54,005 bases of DNA, taken from sequence record SRR20825019_2721; one strand, written 5' to 3'. The number at the start of each line of letters is the position of its first letter. Position 1 is the stretch's first letter. The notes below the pieces were generated by a model that did no database searches, was not told where the DNA came from, and saw only the letters and a list, made by a program, of their open reading frames with translations. A program made the translations under genes and the position numbers. This document shows positions 19,348-28,632 of this stretch, in pieces.

Positions 19348-20376
19348 GTGAACACCAAGATCCTGTCCATTCAATCACTGCGCGCGCTAGCGGCCATTCT
19401 GGTGCTTGCTTCGCATGCCTTGCTCTATCCGCTCGCCGAGCAGACCTTGGCCTATGGCCGTCTGGGATGGCTGGGCGTCATCCTGTTCTTCGTCGTCTCC
19501 GGCTTCATCATGGTCGCTGTCACGGGGCAGGGAGGCTTTGAGGCCGGGGCGTTTCTGCGCCGCCGCCTGCTGCGTGTGGTGCCGCTATACTGGGGCTTTA
19601 CGTTCCTTGCCGCTTTTCTCGCCTTGGTCTTGCCTGACCTGTTCAAATCCACCGTCTTCGACGGGCAGCAATTGCTGCTCTCGCTGGCCTTCATCCCCTT
19701 TTACAATCCGGCCAGTCATGGTCTGCATCCGCTTTACAAGCTTGGCTGGACGCTCAATTACGAGATGTTCTTCTATGTCAGCTTTGCCCTGCTGGCCGTG
19801 CTGCGCGCGCGTCAGCGGGTGATGGTGTTGACGATGGCGTATCTGACGCTGTCGCTGACCGGCCTGCTGCTGCATCCCGAGAGTCCGATACCGGCTTTCT
19901 ACACCAGCTATATGCCGCTCGCCTTCGTGGCCGGTGCCTGGCTTGGGCTTGCCCATATCGAGGGGCGGCTGCTCAATATGCCCCGGTCAGTGATTGTACC
20001 GCTGTTGGCCATTGCCTTGGCAGGCCTGATGGAAGGGTTCTGGCTTGATCGCGGGGTGGTCGAGGATGAATCCGCGTTTCTCGGATTCCTGGCCTTTGCT
20101 GTCGCCGTTACCGCGCTATTTGTCGGCGTGGAAGCGCGCCTGCCGCGCATGCAATGGCTCGAACGGTTGGGGGATGCGTCTTATTCGATCTATCTGGTGC
20201 ACATATTTGCCGTGGGCGCCTTTGCCGGCTTCGTTCTCAAGCTGCTGCAGCCCGGTGACACGCTTGTCGTTGCTGGGGCAGTGATGTTGGCCATTCTTGG
20301 CGGCCTGGCGCTGGGCTGGGCCTGCTATGCGATGATCGAAAAGCCGCTGATGGCGCGCTTGCGGCGCTTCGCCTAG
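19348..20376 (+). CDS. Acyltransferase family 3 (ExoZ/OafA-like) membrane O-acyltransferase
   Basis: IQSLRALAA, GVILFFVVSGF, RRLLRVVPLYW, GWTLNYEMFFY, LGDASYSIYLVH. Confidence 0.88.
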   Translation: MNTKILSIQSLRALAAILVLASHALLYPLAEQTLAYGRLGWLGVILFFVVSGFIMVAVTGQGGFEAGAFLRRRLLRVVPLYWGFTFLAAFLALVLPDLFKSTVFDGQQLLLSLAFIPFYNPASHGLHPLYKLGWTLNYEMFFYVSFALLAVLRARQRVMVLTMAYLTLSLTGLLLHPESPIPAFYTSYMPLAFVAGAWLGLAHIEGRLLNMPRSVIVPLLAIALAGLMEGFWLDRGVVEDESAFLGFLAFAVAVTALFVGVEARLPRMQWLERLGDASYSIYLVHIFAVGAFAGFVLKLLQPGDTLVVAGAVMLAILGGLALGWACYAMIEKPLMARLRRFA

Positions 20377-20801
20377 GCCAGAGCCGTCCGGGCCTCGCCG
20401 CGTATCCGATTGACCATGGCGACCAGCCCATTGGAGCGTTGCATGCCCAGATGCTCGCTCAGGCCCAGATTTCTGAACCACTCAATGGCGTCGGTCTCGG
20501 CGATCTCGGATGCAGGGCGGCCCGAGTAAAGAGCGATGAGCACCGCCACCAGCCCCTTGGTGATGATGGCGTCAGACTGGCCCCGAAACGTCAAGATCGT
20601 CGCGCCACCCTTATGCTCGGTGCTCGACACCAGCCAGACATTGGAAACGCATCCCCTGACCTTGTTCTCGTCGGTCTTTTCGGCATCCGCCATTGGAGGC
20701 AGCGCCTGACCGAGCTCGATAAGGTAGTTCAACCGGTCTTCCCAATCATCTAGGAAGGAAAGGTTGTCGGCGATGTCCTGAAATGGCTGAGGCTGTGTCA
20801 T
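20373..20801 (-). CDS. sufE: Cysteine desulfurase acceptor SufE
   Basis: WEDRLNYLIELG, VRGCVSNVW, SDAIITKGL, RSNGL. Confidence 0.92.
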   Translation of the reverse strand: MTQPQPFQDIADNLSFLDDWEDRLNYLIELGQALPPMADAEKTDENKVRGCVSNVWLVSSTEHKGGATILTFRGQSDAIITKGLVAVLIALYSGRPASEIAETDAIEWFRNLGLSEHLGMQRSNGLVAMVNRIRGEARTALA

Positions 20802-20851
20802 GCGCCCTATCTAGGGGATGGATCGTGCCAATGCCAGAGCCATGCATGGAC

Positions 20852-20890
20852 AAAGAAAAAGCCGCAGATGCGGGGCAGCGCATCTGCGGC
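20852..20890 (-). terminator. Strong intrinsic terminator
   Basis: 12-bp stem GCCGCAGATGCG/CGCATCTGCGGC followed by TTTTTCTTT on the minus strand. Confidence 0.8.
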
Positions 20891-20974
20891 AGGAGCCAGG
20901 GGTCTATGGAGTAGCGTCGCTTGGGGAAGTGACACGACCCCTGGAGTAGCTTCGAGCGCCGGGGCAGGCGCCTG
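20852..20974 (-). ncRNA. Candidate structured 3'-UTR sRNA with C-rich loops
   Basis: Three hairpins with UGCCCC, UUCCCCAA and CUGCCC loops, and a duplicated GCUACUCCA, ending in the terminator. Confidence 0.35.
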
Positions 20975-21268
20975 TTATCCCGCGCGGTCCGGCCGAGGTC
21001 GGGGCATCGGAACCGCGTTGAGTGCCGGCAATGCATGCATGGGGGCGCCGGCAAGCTGGGTCGACTGAAGTGCCGCGGCGGCGATGGCCTTGCCGCCCAG
21101 GCACTGAATTTCACTGCATTCGATAGCGTCGATCTGCGCGGCCACGAACTGGCTGCCGCGAGCCATCGCCTCACCGGAGAGGTTTGCGGCGGCATCGCCC
21201 ACATCCACTCCGGGCCGAATGACCAGGAAGGCAAGGGTTAGCCAGAATACCGAGCGCAGCAGAAACAT
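20975..21268 (-). CDS. DUF5330-like small exported or membrane protein
   Basis: MFLLRSVFWL start, hydrophobic N-terminus, CxxxxC, C-terminal VPMPRPRP; lies between sufE and divJ. Alternative start at 21283. Confidence 0.6.
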   Translation of the reverse strand: MFLLRSVFWLTLAFLVIRPGVDVGDAAANLSGEAMARGSQFVAAQIDAIECSEIQCLGGKAIAAAALQSTQLAGAPMHALPALNAVPMPRPRPDRAG

Positions 21269-21466
21269 GTTTTCCAGGTCCATCGAGGCCGGAAACTGTC
21301 CGGCTGATGAGACCAGGCTAAGGACCGCAAATTAAGCGCGGCTGGGGCAAGTTGATAAAATTTGAAACAAATGCCGGCTGGTCCGGCAAGCGGGCAAGAC
21401 CTTGTTTACGCTAACTGGTGAAACAGCCGCGCATCGCGCGTGAATCAGATCGATTGGGGGCGTTGC

Positions 21467-21482
21467 TTAAGCCCCTCTTAGC
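21467..21482. promoter_or_regulatory. CtrA-like box upstream of divJ-like kinase
   Basis: TTAA GCCCCTC TTAGC, one mismatch to the consensus. Confidence 0.5.
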
Positions 21483-21593
21483 GGTTGCTGGCCGAGGCTC
21501 AGGGCAACAACGACCCGGCCTCAGTCGGGCGCAGATGGCTCGGGGAAGGGCCAGCGAACGGCCCGTGGGCCGCACGAATACAGGCGTCGGTTA

Positions 21594-23420
21594 GTGAGTA
21601 TTTTGTTGATGCGTAGCTTCACCCTATTCGGAGCCAGCAAGCGAAGCGTCGCCGCTTCGTCCGGCCCTGGCAATTGGCCCGAGCTGCTGCGCCGCGAAAC
21701 CATCGCGAACAATGCAAAGCTGCTCGCCGCCGCTGCGCTGCTGGCTATGTTCCCGGCAATTTACGCGCTTATTCTGGGTGCTTCTGTCCCGTTCCTGCTG
21801 GCCTCGCTCGGACTGGCCGGCGGGCTGGTCAGCCTTGCGCTGCATCAACGCGGCCAGCATGAAATTGCTGCCGCCGCGCAGGTCGCCACCTTGATGGCGA
21901 CTGGCATGGTGTTGACGCTGGTCGACCCTCGGCTGGGCGACGCCGGCATGGCGATCGCCGTCATGGGGCCGGTGCTCGCAGGCCTGATCGCACGCAGCCC
22001 CCTGCGTCGCCTGAGCTGGCTCGGGCTGGTTCCGGTTGCGGCGCTGGGCGTGATCGCTGCAAACCTGGGATTGCCTGCTGTCCCATTGGCCGGCGGGGTC
22101 CTGACCTATAGTTCCATCGCCGGGTTCACGGTGGCGTTTGCGGTCGTGGCCTTCAGCGCCCATCGGATAAACATGGCGTTCGAAGTGAACGACAAGGCCC
22201 AGGTCAGCGCCTATCGCCACCTGATCGAACACGTGCAGGACACCGTGCTGCGCCTGTCGACTGATGGCAATATTCTGGTTGCATCGCGGTCTTCGGAAAC
22301 CCTGTTTGGCTGTCCGCGATATCAGGTGGCCGGTGCCAAGCTCGCCGAGCGCCTGCACATCATGGATCGCCCGGCCTTTCTCACGGCCCTGGCCGAAGCG
22401 GCGCAGGACGGGCGGAACCGCCTGATTGAACTGCGCCTGCGCCAGGACGATCCACGTGCCCGCAGCAATGTTCCCCGCTTTCTTTGGGTGGAAATGCAAC
22501 TTTCCCCGATCATCGACGATACGGTGGGCGGCGATCGGCACGACGTCATTGCCCTGGTGCGCGACATTACAGCCCGCAAGGACGCCGAAGCGGCGATGGC
22601 CGAGGCCCGCCGCGTTGCTGAAGACGCCTCGCAGGCCAAGTCGCGCTTCCTGGCTACCATCGGGCATGAGCTGCGCACGCCGCTCAATGCCGTGGTCGGC
22701 TTTTCGGAGATGATGTCGAGCGGCATTGGCGGGGAGCTTTCCCCCACGCACAAGGAATATGCCGGCCTTATCCAGCAGAGCGGCAAGCATCTGCTCGAAG
22801 TGGTCAGCATGTTGCTCGATATGTCGCGTATCGAGGCCGGCAAGCTAGAGATTCAGGCTGACTCCATGGATGCAGGTGCCATTATTCCGGCCTGCTTCGC
22901 CATGGTGGAAACGCTGGCCCAGGACCGCAATGTCAGGCTGGTTTCGGAGATCGAACCGGGCCTGCCGCTGATGTCGGCCGATGAGCGGGTGTGCAGGCAG
23001 ATCGTGATCAATCTGCTCTCCAACGCCGTCAAGTTCAGCCATGAAGGTGGTCTGGTGACCGTTGCGGTCAAGCGCCAGGGGCAGTCGATCAACTTCTCCG
23101 TGAAGGATCGCGGCATCGGGATGGCTCCGGCTGCCATGGCGCGAATCGGCGAGCCCTTCTTCCAGGTTCAGGATGGCCTGAGCCGCAAATATGAGGGTAC
23201 GGGCCTCGGACTTTCCATCGTCAAAGGCCTGGTCGAGCTGCATGGGGGCACTTTGCGCGCCATGTCGGAGATCGGCGCGGGTACAACCATCACTGTTTTG
23301 CTTCCTATAAACGGTCCGGCAACCAAACCGGGCGAAACTGCCGACATTCTGCAACTTCATCGTGAGCCCGAGGCTGCGGCCCCCACTTCATGGCCAAACG
23401 AAAAAAGAAAAGCACAATGA
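21594..23420 (+). CDS. divJ: Membrane PAS histidine kinase, DivJ/PdhS family
   Basis: Several N-terminal TM segments, PAS-like region, H-box GHELRTPLNAVVGFSE, NLLSNAVKF, DRGIGM, GTGLGL; near mucR as in rhizobia. Start codon uncertain. Confidence 0.75.
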   Translation: MSILLMRSFTLFGASKRSVAASSGPGNWPELLRRETIANNAKLLAAAALLAMFPAIYALILGASVPFLLASLGLAGGLVSLALHQRGQHEIAAAAQVATLMATGMVLTLVDPRLGDAGMAIAVMGPVLAGLIARSPLRRLSWLGLVPVAALGVIAANLGLPAVPLAGGVLTYSSIAGFTVAFAVVAFSAHRINMAFEVNDKAQVSAYRHLIEHVQDTVLRLSTDGNILVASRSSETLFGCPRYQVAGAKLAERLHIMDRPAFLTALAEAAQDGRNRLIELRLRQDDPRARSNVPRFLWVEMQLSPIIDDTVGGDRHDVIALVRDITARKDAEAAMAEARRVAEDASQAKSRFLATIGHELRTPLNAVVGFSEMMSSGIGGELSPTHKEYAGLIQQSGKHLLEVVSMLLDMSRIEAGKLEIQADSMDAGAIIPACFAMVETLAQDRNVRLVSEIEPGLPLMSADERVCRQIVINLLSNAVKFSHEGGLVTVAVKRQGQSINFSVKDRGIGMAPAAMARIGEPFFQVQDGLSRKYEGTGLGLSIVKGLVELHGGTLRAMSEIGAGTTITVLLPINGPATKPGETADILQLHREPEAAAPTSWPNEKRKAQ

Positions 23421-24637
23421 CGGCTTCGACCCTGACCCAACTGCCGCTTATGGCTGGCAGCGCCCTGCTTGGCACCGTAAGCCGCGCGGGGCTCTGGACC
23501 ATTTCGCGCTACATGCGCGCGCCCCTGGCATCCACGGGCCTGTTGGCCATGGTGACCTTGACCGCGCTGGCAGGTAGCAACGCCCTGTTCTTCCAGACGG
23601 CCGAACACCCTTCGCCATTCTTTGCGCCGTCGCGCAATGTGGTTGCGCCGCTGCCTACGCCAGTCGTCGAGCGCCCGGTCACGCCCCGGACCAGCACCGT
23701 CGAGCCAGCAACGGCGTTGCCCGAATTGCCGCGAGCCAGTGCCGAGACCACCGGCAGCGTACCTGCGCCGGTGCAGCGCGTCGTGCCGGATGCGCCCGTG
23801 GGCAATGCGCAAATGTTCGCCGTGCAGAAGAAGCTGCTCGAACTGCAGCTCTTCGACGGCGATGTCGATGGCTATTATGGGCCCAAGACCGCCGAAGCCA
23901 TTCGGGCGTTCGAGCAGCGCAATGGCATGACGCCGACCGGCGCCAATGACCCGGCAGTTATTCAGGCCATTCTCGACGCAGATTCCGCCGGGCGCGTGAG
24001 CACGCCGGTCCTCACCCAGCCTCAGGCCCTGCGCGCGCCGACGCCTGTCGTTGCCCAGCCAGCACCAGTGCAGCAGGTCGCGGCAACCGCACCCGCTCCG
24101 ACGGCGGCTCCGGTCGGACAGCAGGATCAGGTTGTTGCCCGCTTGCAGACACTGTCCCCAGCCGAACAGGTGTTCGACGATGTGGCCCAGTCGGCTGCCA
24201 ATACCATCGATTCGATCATAGCCGCTGTCGATGGATCGCGTGGTGGTGCCAGCAATGCCGGTAATCCGCCCACGCCAAGCGCCTCGCTACCGTCCCTGCG
24301 TCCGGTTTCACAGCCAATGCCGGCGCCTGTGCAGCCGGTAGCAGCCGTTCAAACCCAACAGGCTGCGGCCACGCAGAGCCAGACTGTGCAGCTTGCCAGT
24401 GCCGCTCCAGCGGCCGCGCCTGCTTCCGTTCCGCCTGCGACCGACGCAACGCTCGTCACACAGATCCAGACAGGTCTGGCCAGCCTCGGCTTCTTCCGTG
24501 GCCCGATCGACGGCAAGCCGGGACCGGAAACGGCACGCGCCATTCGCGAGTTCGAGAACTTCCACCGCTACAGAATGACTGGTCAGGTGCAACCAGACCT
24601 GGTCGAGCTCCTGCTTAAGGCAGGCGCGACGATCTGA
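23417..24637 (+). CDS. Membrane-anchored protein with two peptidoglycan-binding (PG_binding_1) domains
   Basis: VQKKL...DGYYGPKTAEAIRAFE and IQTGL...DGKPGPETARAIREFE separated by Pro/Ala/Gln-rich linkers; ATGA overlap with divJ (alternative start 23390). Confidence 0.85.
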   Translation: MTASTLTQLPLMAGSALLGTVSRAGLWTISRYMRAPLASTGLLAMVTLTALAGSNALFFQTAEHPSPFFAPSRNVVAPLPTPVVERPVTPRTSTVEPATALPELPRASAETTGSVPAPVQRVVPDAPVGNAQMFAVQKKLLELQLFDGDVDGYYGPKTAEAIRAFEQRNGMTPTGANDPAVIQAILDADSAGRVSTPVLTQPQALRAPTPVVAQPAPVQQVAATAPAPTAAPVGQQDQVVARLQTLSPAEQVFDDVAQSAANTIDSIIAAVDGSRGGASNAGNPPTPSASLPSLRPVSQPMPAPVQPVAAVQTQQAAATQSQTVQLASAAPAAAPASVPPATDATLVTQIQTGLASLGFFRGPIDGKPGPETARAIREFENFHRYRMTGQVQPDLVELLLKAGATI

Positions 24638-24638
24638 C

Positions 24639-24986
24639 GTGTCCAGCCTTCGCAGCGATTTGTGGTGCATGGCCTTTGTCCGGCGCCACAATGACTTGGG
24701 CAATATGTGCGTGGTGGCGCGGCGTGGAGACCCCATAGCCGGGCAGATCTTCATCGAGGTCGATCACCTCGATGGCACGCGGTCCCTGTTTACACCTGCA
24801 CCTACGGTGAGCCGGGGCGACAGCGCCGGGCAGATGTTCCAACGCCGATTCGAGCGGGTGGAACCTGCCAGGGTACGTGAGCGCATCGACCAGGAAATCT
24901 CCTTCGATCCCGACCTTTGGGTGCTGAGCATCGATCTGCGCGGTGATGATCTGGGGATCGACCTGGTGCGCGAGCCCAAGGGCTAG
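24639..24986 (+). CDS. DUF1491 family protein
   Basis: LRSDLWC, RRGDPIAG, FDPDLWVL. Confidence 0.85.
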   Translation: MSSLRSDLWCMAFVRRHNDLGNMCVVARRGDPIAGQIFIEVDHLDGTRSLFTPAPTVSRGDSAGQMFQRRFERVEPARVRERIDQEISFDPDLWVLSIDLRGDDLGIDLVREPKG

Positions 24987-25022
24987 CCAGCTTACATCGT
25001 CACTGACTGAAACTTGGGCCGC

Positions 25023-25054
25023 AAAAAAGCAATTGCCGGGACGAGCCCGGCAAT
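25023..25054 (-). terminator. Terminator between convergent DUF1491 and DUF2336 genes
   Basis: ATTGCCGGG-ACGAG-CCCGGCAAT with T6 nearby on the minus strand. Confidence 0.6.
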
Positions 25055-25090
25055 AATGAAGCAATGCGCCTGTCAGCGTGCGGCCGCAGC

Positions 25091-26248
25091 CTAGCTCGCG
25101 CGGCGCACGCCGATCTTGGCCAGGGCCTCGATGGCCTGATCGACGACCGGGTTGTGGGCCGGGGTGAGTGACGCAGTCCGCCGGCTGGCCTGGGTGAAGG
25201 GCTGGTGCTGCGGCTTGGAAAGCTCGAGCAGGTTCACTTCGCCACGCCACGCGCTCATCAGATAGGCCATGGATTCGGGCGACACCGCTCCGAACAGCGT
25301 GGCGAAATCCGCCAGCGCGCGGGAGCGTTCGCTGTCATGGCTGGTGGCATGAATGAGGACCTTGAGGCCGTCATAGGCCGTGGATCCGAAGGCCCGCAGG
25401 ATGACGAACAGCGAGGCACCGGTCACATCATGCGCGATCTGGCCGCAGCGGACTTCATCCAGCCCGGTGATCTGCGCCAGCAACCGCGTGACTTCGGGAC
25501 GGCGGTTCTCCGAAAAGAGCTTCATGAGCGCCTTGGTCAGCTCGCCGGTTGCCACCGAGAGTTGTTCGATCGTGCGCGAAATCGGTGCTTTCGGCGTGGT
25601 GCGGTTGGCAAAGGCCTGGATGACCTTGACGCGATGCTCGTCCGAGAGATCGAAAAAGGCGGGGGCCAACAGTGCCGCGTCGAAGTCGTCGCGCTTGCCC
25701 AGCGCTTCGGCGACCAGATGATCCATCTGGGCCGAGCGGGCCAGCGCGCTGAGATAGGCGCCGCGCGGAACGATATGGGTATTGGCCGCGAGAGCACGAT
25801 AGACCTTGCGCGAATTCATCTGGAACAGCTTGGCCAAGACCACATTGCTGAGGTCGGCGCGGGTCGCCAGCGTAGCGCAGGCTAGAACGTCATAGCGGCT
25901 GATGGTGTCCAGCATGGTCTGGTCGGAGAGCTCGACCGCGCCTTCAAGGAACGGGATGAGGTCCTCGCCAATGTTTTCCACAACCAGACGCTCAAGAGCC
26001 GGAGAGAGCATTTCTGCCCGGCCCAGAATAGCCGCTCCTTTGGCGCGGGCCTGGGGACCGGCAATGGGGAACAGCCGCCCCGCCAGCGCCTCGAACTGTT
26101 CCATTTCGGGAACTGTGGGCTTGCCGCGCCGCGCATAGGCGTCGCAGGCCGCGATCAGCAAGGTGTTTGTGCGATCGACACCACCGGTTTCGATCAGCAA
26201 CTGAAAGGTCTCGTAGGGCTGAAATCCAAGCATATCCGGCGGAACCAT
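25091..26248 (-). CDS. DUF2336-like helical protein
   Basis: LATRADLS, ALAAN, LGKRDD and FFDL patterns typical of DUF2336; expected position next to DUF1491. Start uncertain (26248 or 26233). Confidence 0.65.
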   Translation of the reverse strand: MVPPDMLGFQPYETFQLLIETGGVDRTNTLLIAACDAYARRGKPTVPEMEQFEALAGRLFPIAGPQARAKGAAILGRAEMLSPALERLVVENIGEDLIPFLEGAVELSDQTMLDTISRYDVLACATLATRADLSNVVLAKLFQMNSRKVYRALAANTHIVPRGAYLSALARSAQMDHLVAEALGKRDDFDAALLAPAFFDLSDEHRVKVIQAFANRTTPKAPISRTIEQLSVATGELTKALMKLFSENRRPEVTRLLAQITGLDEVRCGQIAHDVTGASLFVILRAFGSTAYDGLKVLIHATSHDSERSRALADFATLFGAVSPESMAYLMSAWRGEVNLLELSKPQHQPFTQASRRTASLTPAHNPVVDQAIEALAKIGVRRAS

Positions 26249-26301
26249 CGACTCATTTAAGCATCCGATTTGATGCAAGTCAGACTCTTGCCGCCAATTC
26301 G

Positions 26302-26333
26302 TTAGCAGACTGTTAACCTTGACGATCTCTTAA
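26302..26333. promoter_or_regulatory. Tandem CtrA-like boxes in a divergent promoter
   Basis: TTAG CAGACTG TTAAC and TTGA CGATCTC TTAA; GANTC sites at 26250 and 26283. Confidence 0.55.
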
Positions 26334-26415
26334 TGCATATCAGCGCGAGGGGCGTCGCGCCGGGACGAGACTACTCAACTCGCTGCCCCCACTAGGGACG
26401 GGGGAGCGGCGCAGC

Positions 26416-26595
26416 ATGGAGGCCAGCTTGGGTAAGCTGATAAAGTTCGAGGGGCGGAAAACATCTGCCGGCGCTGGGAAGCAGATTTCCGGCGACGCCC
26501 AGATCCTGATTTTTACCGGGGTGCGTTATGAACGCGGGACGCCGCCACCACCAACCAATCACAGCGACAACAGGCGCAAGCGCAAGCGTGTCTGA
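26416..26595 (+). CDS. Small protein (55-59 aa) with ILIFTGVRYER motif
   Basis: Translated by hand: MEASLGKLIKFEGRK...AQILIFTGVRYERGTPPPP...RRKRKRV. SD GGGGAG before ATG 26416 and GGAGG before TTG 26428; overlaps the next gene's GTG. Confidence 0.7.
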   Translation: MEASLGKLIKFEGRKTSAGAGKQISGDAQILIFTGVRYERGTPPPPTNHSDNRRKRKRV

Positions 26596-27415
26596 ACGCC
26601 ATCGCGGCCTGTTGTTCCGCACTTTCGCATTGATCACCCTGGCCGCATTGGCGGCGGGCTGCGTGGCCCGGCCGGTTGGCGATTTCGGCCGTGCGCAGCC
26701 CGGCGTGCTGCACGACCAGGTCATGCCCTATGCCGGCAAGCTGATCGCGACCAATCGCGGGGAGCCGGTTTCCAACCTCAACCAGACCGACCAGGAACGC
26801 GAGATGCACGACCGCACCTGGCGCTTCCTGATTGCAGCGCATAGCCGTGACTGGATGTTTGATTCCTCGGTGGAACTGCAGCGCACTCGAATCGGACCGG
26901 CGCGCGATTATCGTTATGGCGCTGAGCGCTATTACAATTGGCTGCGCACCACGCAATATCGCTCCTCGCCAACGCGGTACAACACGGTCGGCCGGCACAT
27001 TCTTGCCGATATCGACACGCTGCCTACCACTTTCCAGTCGATCTGCGCCGTCCAGGAGGTGGACCGGCAGCGCCGCGTGGCGCTGGCCGAACTGAGCGGG
27101 ATCGAAGACAGCGTTGCCGGCAATGTCGCGGCGCGGCATACCGAAAACCAGTGGCATGTCGACTGGTTTGTCCGGGCCCTCAATTATCGCTACGAGAGCT
27201 ATTCCTACGCGCTTGATCACTTGTTGGTGGAAACGCCTCATGAACAGTCGATGAGCGTCGACGAGAATTTGCGCCGTATGCGCCCCTGGGTCGATCGGGC
27301 CAATCGCGGCGACTTCTGTTCGTCCAATTCGGGGAGTGGCAGCGGGCACGGTGTCACCATACCGTCGCGCTTCCAGACCATGGTCCATGATCAGGAAATT
27401 GTGCCGCAGAAATAG
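26588..27415 (+). CDS. Hypothetical lipoprotein
   Basis: Lipobox LAAGC followed by RPVGDFGR; GTG 26588. Confidence 0.75.
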   Translation: MSERHRGLLFRTFALITLAALAAGCVARPVGDFGRAQPGVLHDQVMPYAGKLIATNRGEPVSNLNQTDQEREMHDRTWRFLIAAHSRDWMFDSSVELQRTRIGPARDYRYGAERYYNWLRTTQYRSSPTRYNTVGRHILADIDTLPTTFQSICAVQEVDRQRRVALAELSGIEDSVAGNVAARHTENQWHVDWFVRALNYRYESYSYALDHLLVETPHEQSMSVDENLRRMRPWVDRANRGDFCSSNSGSGSGHGVTIPSRFQTMVHDQEIVPQK

Positions 27416-27431
27416 CGTCGTCGGAGGATGA

Positions 27432-28628
27432 GTGACTGAAGCGAAGACTAACCCGCAGGGGACGCCCGGCGAGGTATTTCTAGCCTTTCTCAAGCTGGGA
27501 CTGACCAGTTTTGGCGGCCCGATTGCCCATCTGGGCTATTTCCGCGACGAACTGGTGACGCGCCGCCGCTGGATCGACGAGGCCGGCTATGCGGATCTGG
27601 TGGCGCTTTGCCAGTTTCTGCCCGGGCCGGCTTCAAGCCAGGTCGGGTTTGCCCTTGGACTAATGCGCGCCGGCCCAATGGGTGCGCTGGCGGCCTGGAC
27701 GGCCTTTACGCTGCCTTCGGCACTATTGCTGCTAGCCTTTGCATTAGGTGCTGCAGCGCTGGACGGTCCGATTGCGCAGGGCGCGCTGCATGGGCTCAAG
27801 TTGGTGGCAGTGGCCATTGTGGCGCAGGCCGTTCTCGGCATGTCAAAGAGCCTGACACCGGATCGGGAGAGGGCACTGATTGCAGTGCTGGCCGTTGGCC
27901 TGGTTGCACTGGTTAGCGGGGCGCTGGGACAGGTCGGCGCAATCCTGCTGGGCGGTGCGCTCGGACTTTGGCTTTGCCGCGGAAGCGATGCGGCTGCATC
28001 GCCGCACAGCTTTCCCGGGTCACGTCGGATTGGTGTCGGGTTTCTGGTGGCGTTTGCCGTTCTGTTGGTTGGCTTGCCGCTACTGGCCGGCACGGGGCAG
28101 GGGATTGCCCTTTTTGATGCCTTTTACCGCGCCGGTGCGCTGGTGTTTGGCGGCGGGCATGTGGTGCTGCCGCTGCTGGAAGCCGAGGTGGTGACGCGCG
28201 GCTGGGTGTCGGCCGATGATTTCCTGGCTGGATATGGCGCCACCCAGGCCATGCCGGGGCCACTCTTTACCTTCGCGGCCTATCTCGGCGCAGTGAGCGG
28301 TGTTGAACCCAATGGGATTTTGGGCAGCGCCATCGCGCTGGTCGCGGTCTTCCTGCCGGGCTTGCTGCTGTTGCTAGGCGCTCTGCCCTTCTGGGACCTG
28401 TTGCGGCGCTGGCCAACGGCGCAGGCTGCCATGCGCGGGGCCAACGCGGCGGTGGTCGGCATTCTGGGCGCTGCGCTTTACGATCCGGTCTTTGTGAGCG
28501 CGGTGCTGCAACCGCTCGACTTTGCCCTGGCCCTGGCTGGCTTTGTGGCGCTGGTCGCCTGGAAGGCGCCGCCCTGGGTCGTGGTGCTGTCCCTTGGCGT
28601 GGCGGGTGCTTTGATGGGCGTGCTCTAG
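27432..28628 (+). CDS. chrA: Chromate efflux transporter (long CHR)
   Basis: SFGGPIAHLGYF, CQFLPGPASSQ, FGGGHVVLPLL, QAMPGP. Confidence 0.93.
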   Translation: MTEAKTNPQGTPGEVFLAFLKLGLTSFGGPIAHLGYFRDELVTRRRWIDEAGYADLVALCQFLPGPASSQVGFALGLMRAGPMGALAAWTAFTLPSALLLLAFALGAAALDGPIAQGALHGLKLVAVAIVAQAVLGMSKSLTPDRERALIAVLAVGLVALVSGALGQVGAILLGGALGLWLCRGSDAAASPHSFPGSRRIGVGFLVAFAVLLVGLPLLAGTGQGIALFDAFYRAGALVFGGGHVVLPLLEAEVVTRGWVSADDFLAGYGATQAMPGPLFTFAAYLGAVSGVEPNGILGSAIALVAVFLPGLLLLLGALPFWDLLRRWPTAQAAMRGANAAVVGILGAALYDPVFVSAVLQPLDFALALAGFVALVAWKAPPWVVVLSLGVAGALMGVL

Positions 28629-28632
28629 AGGA

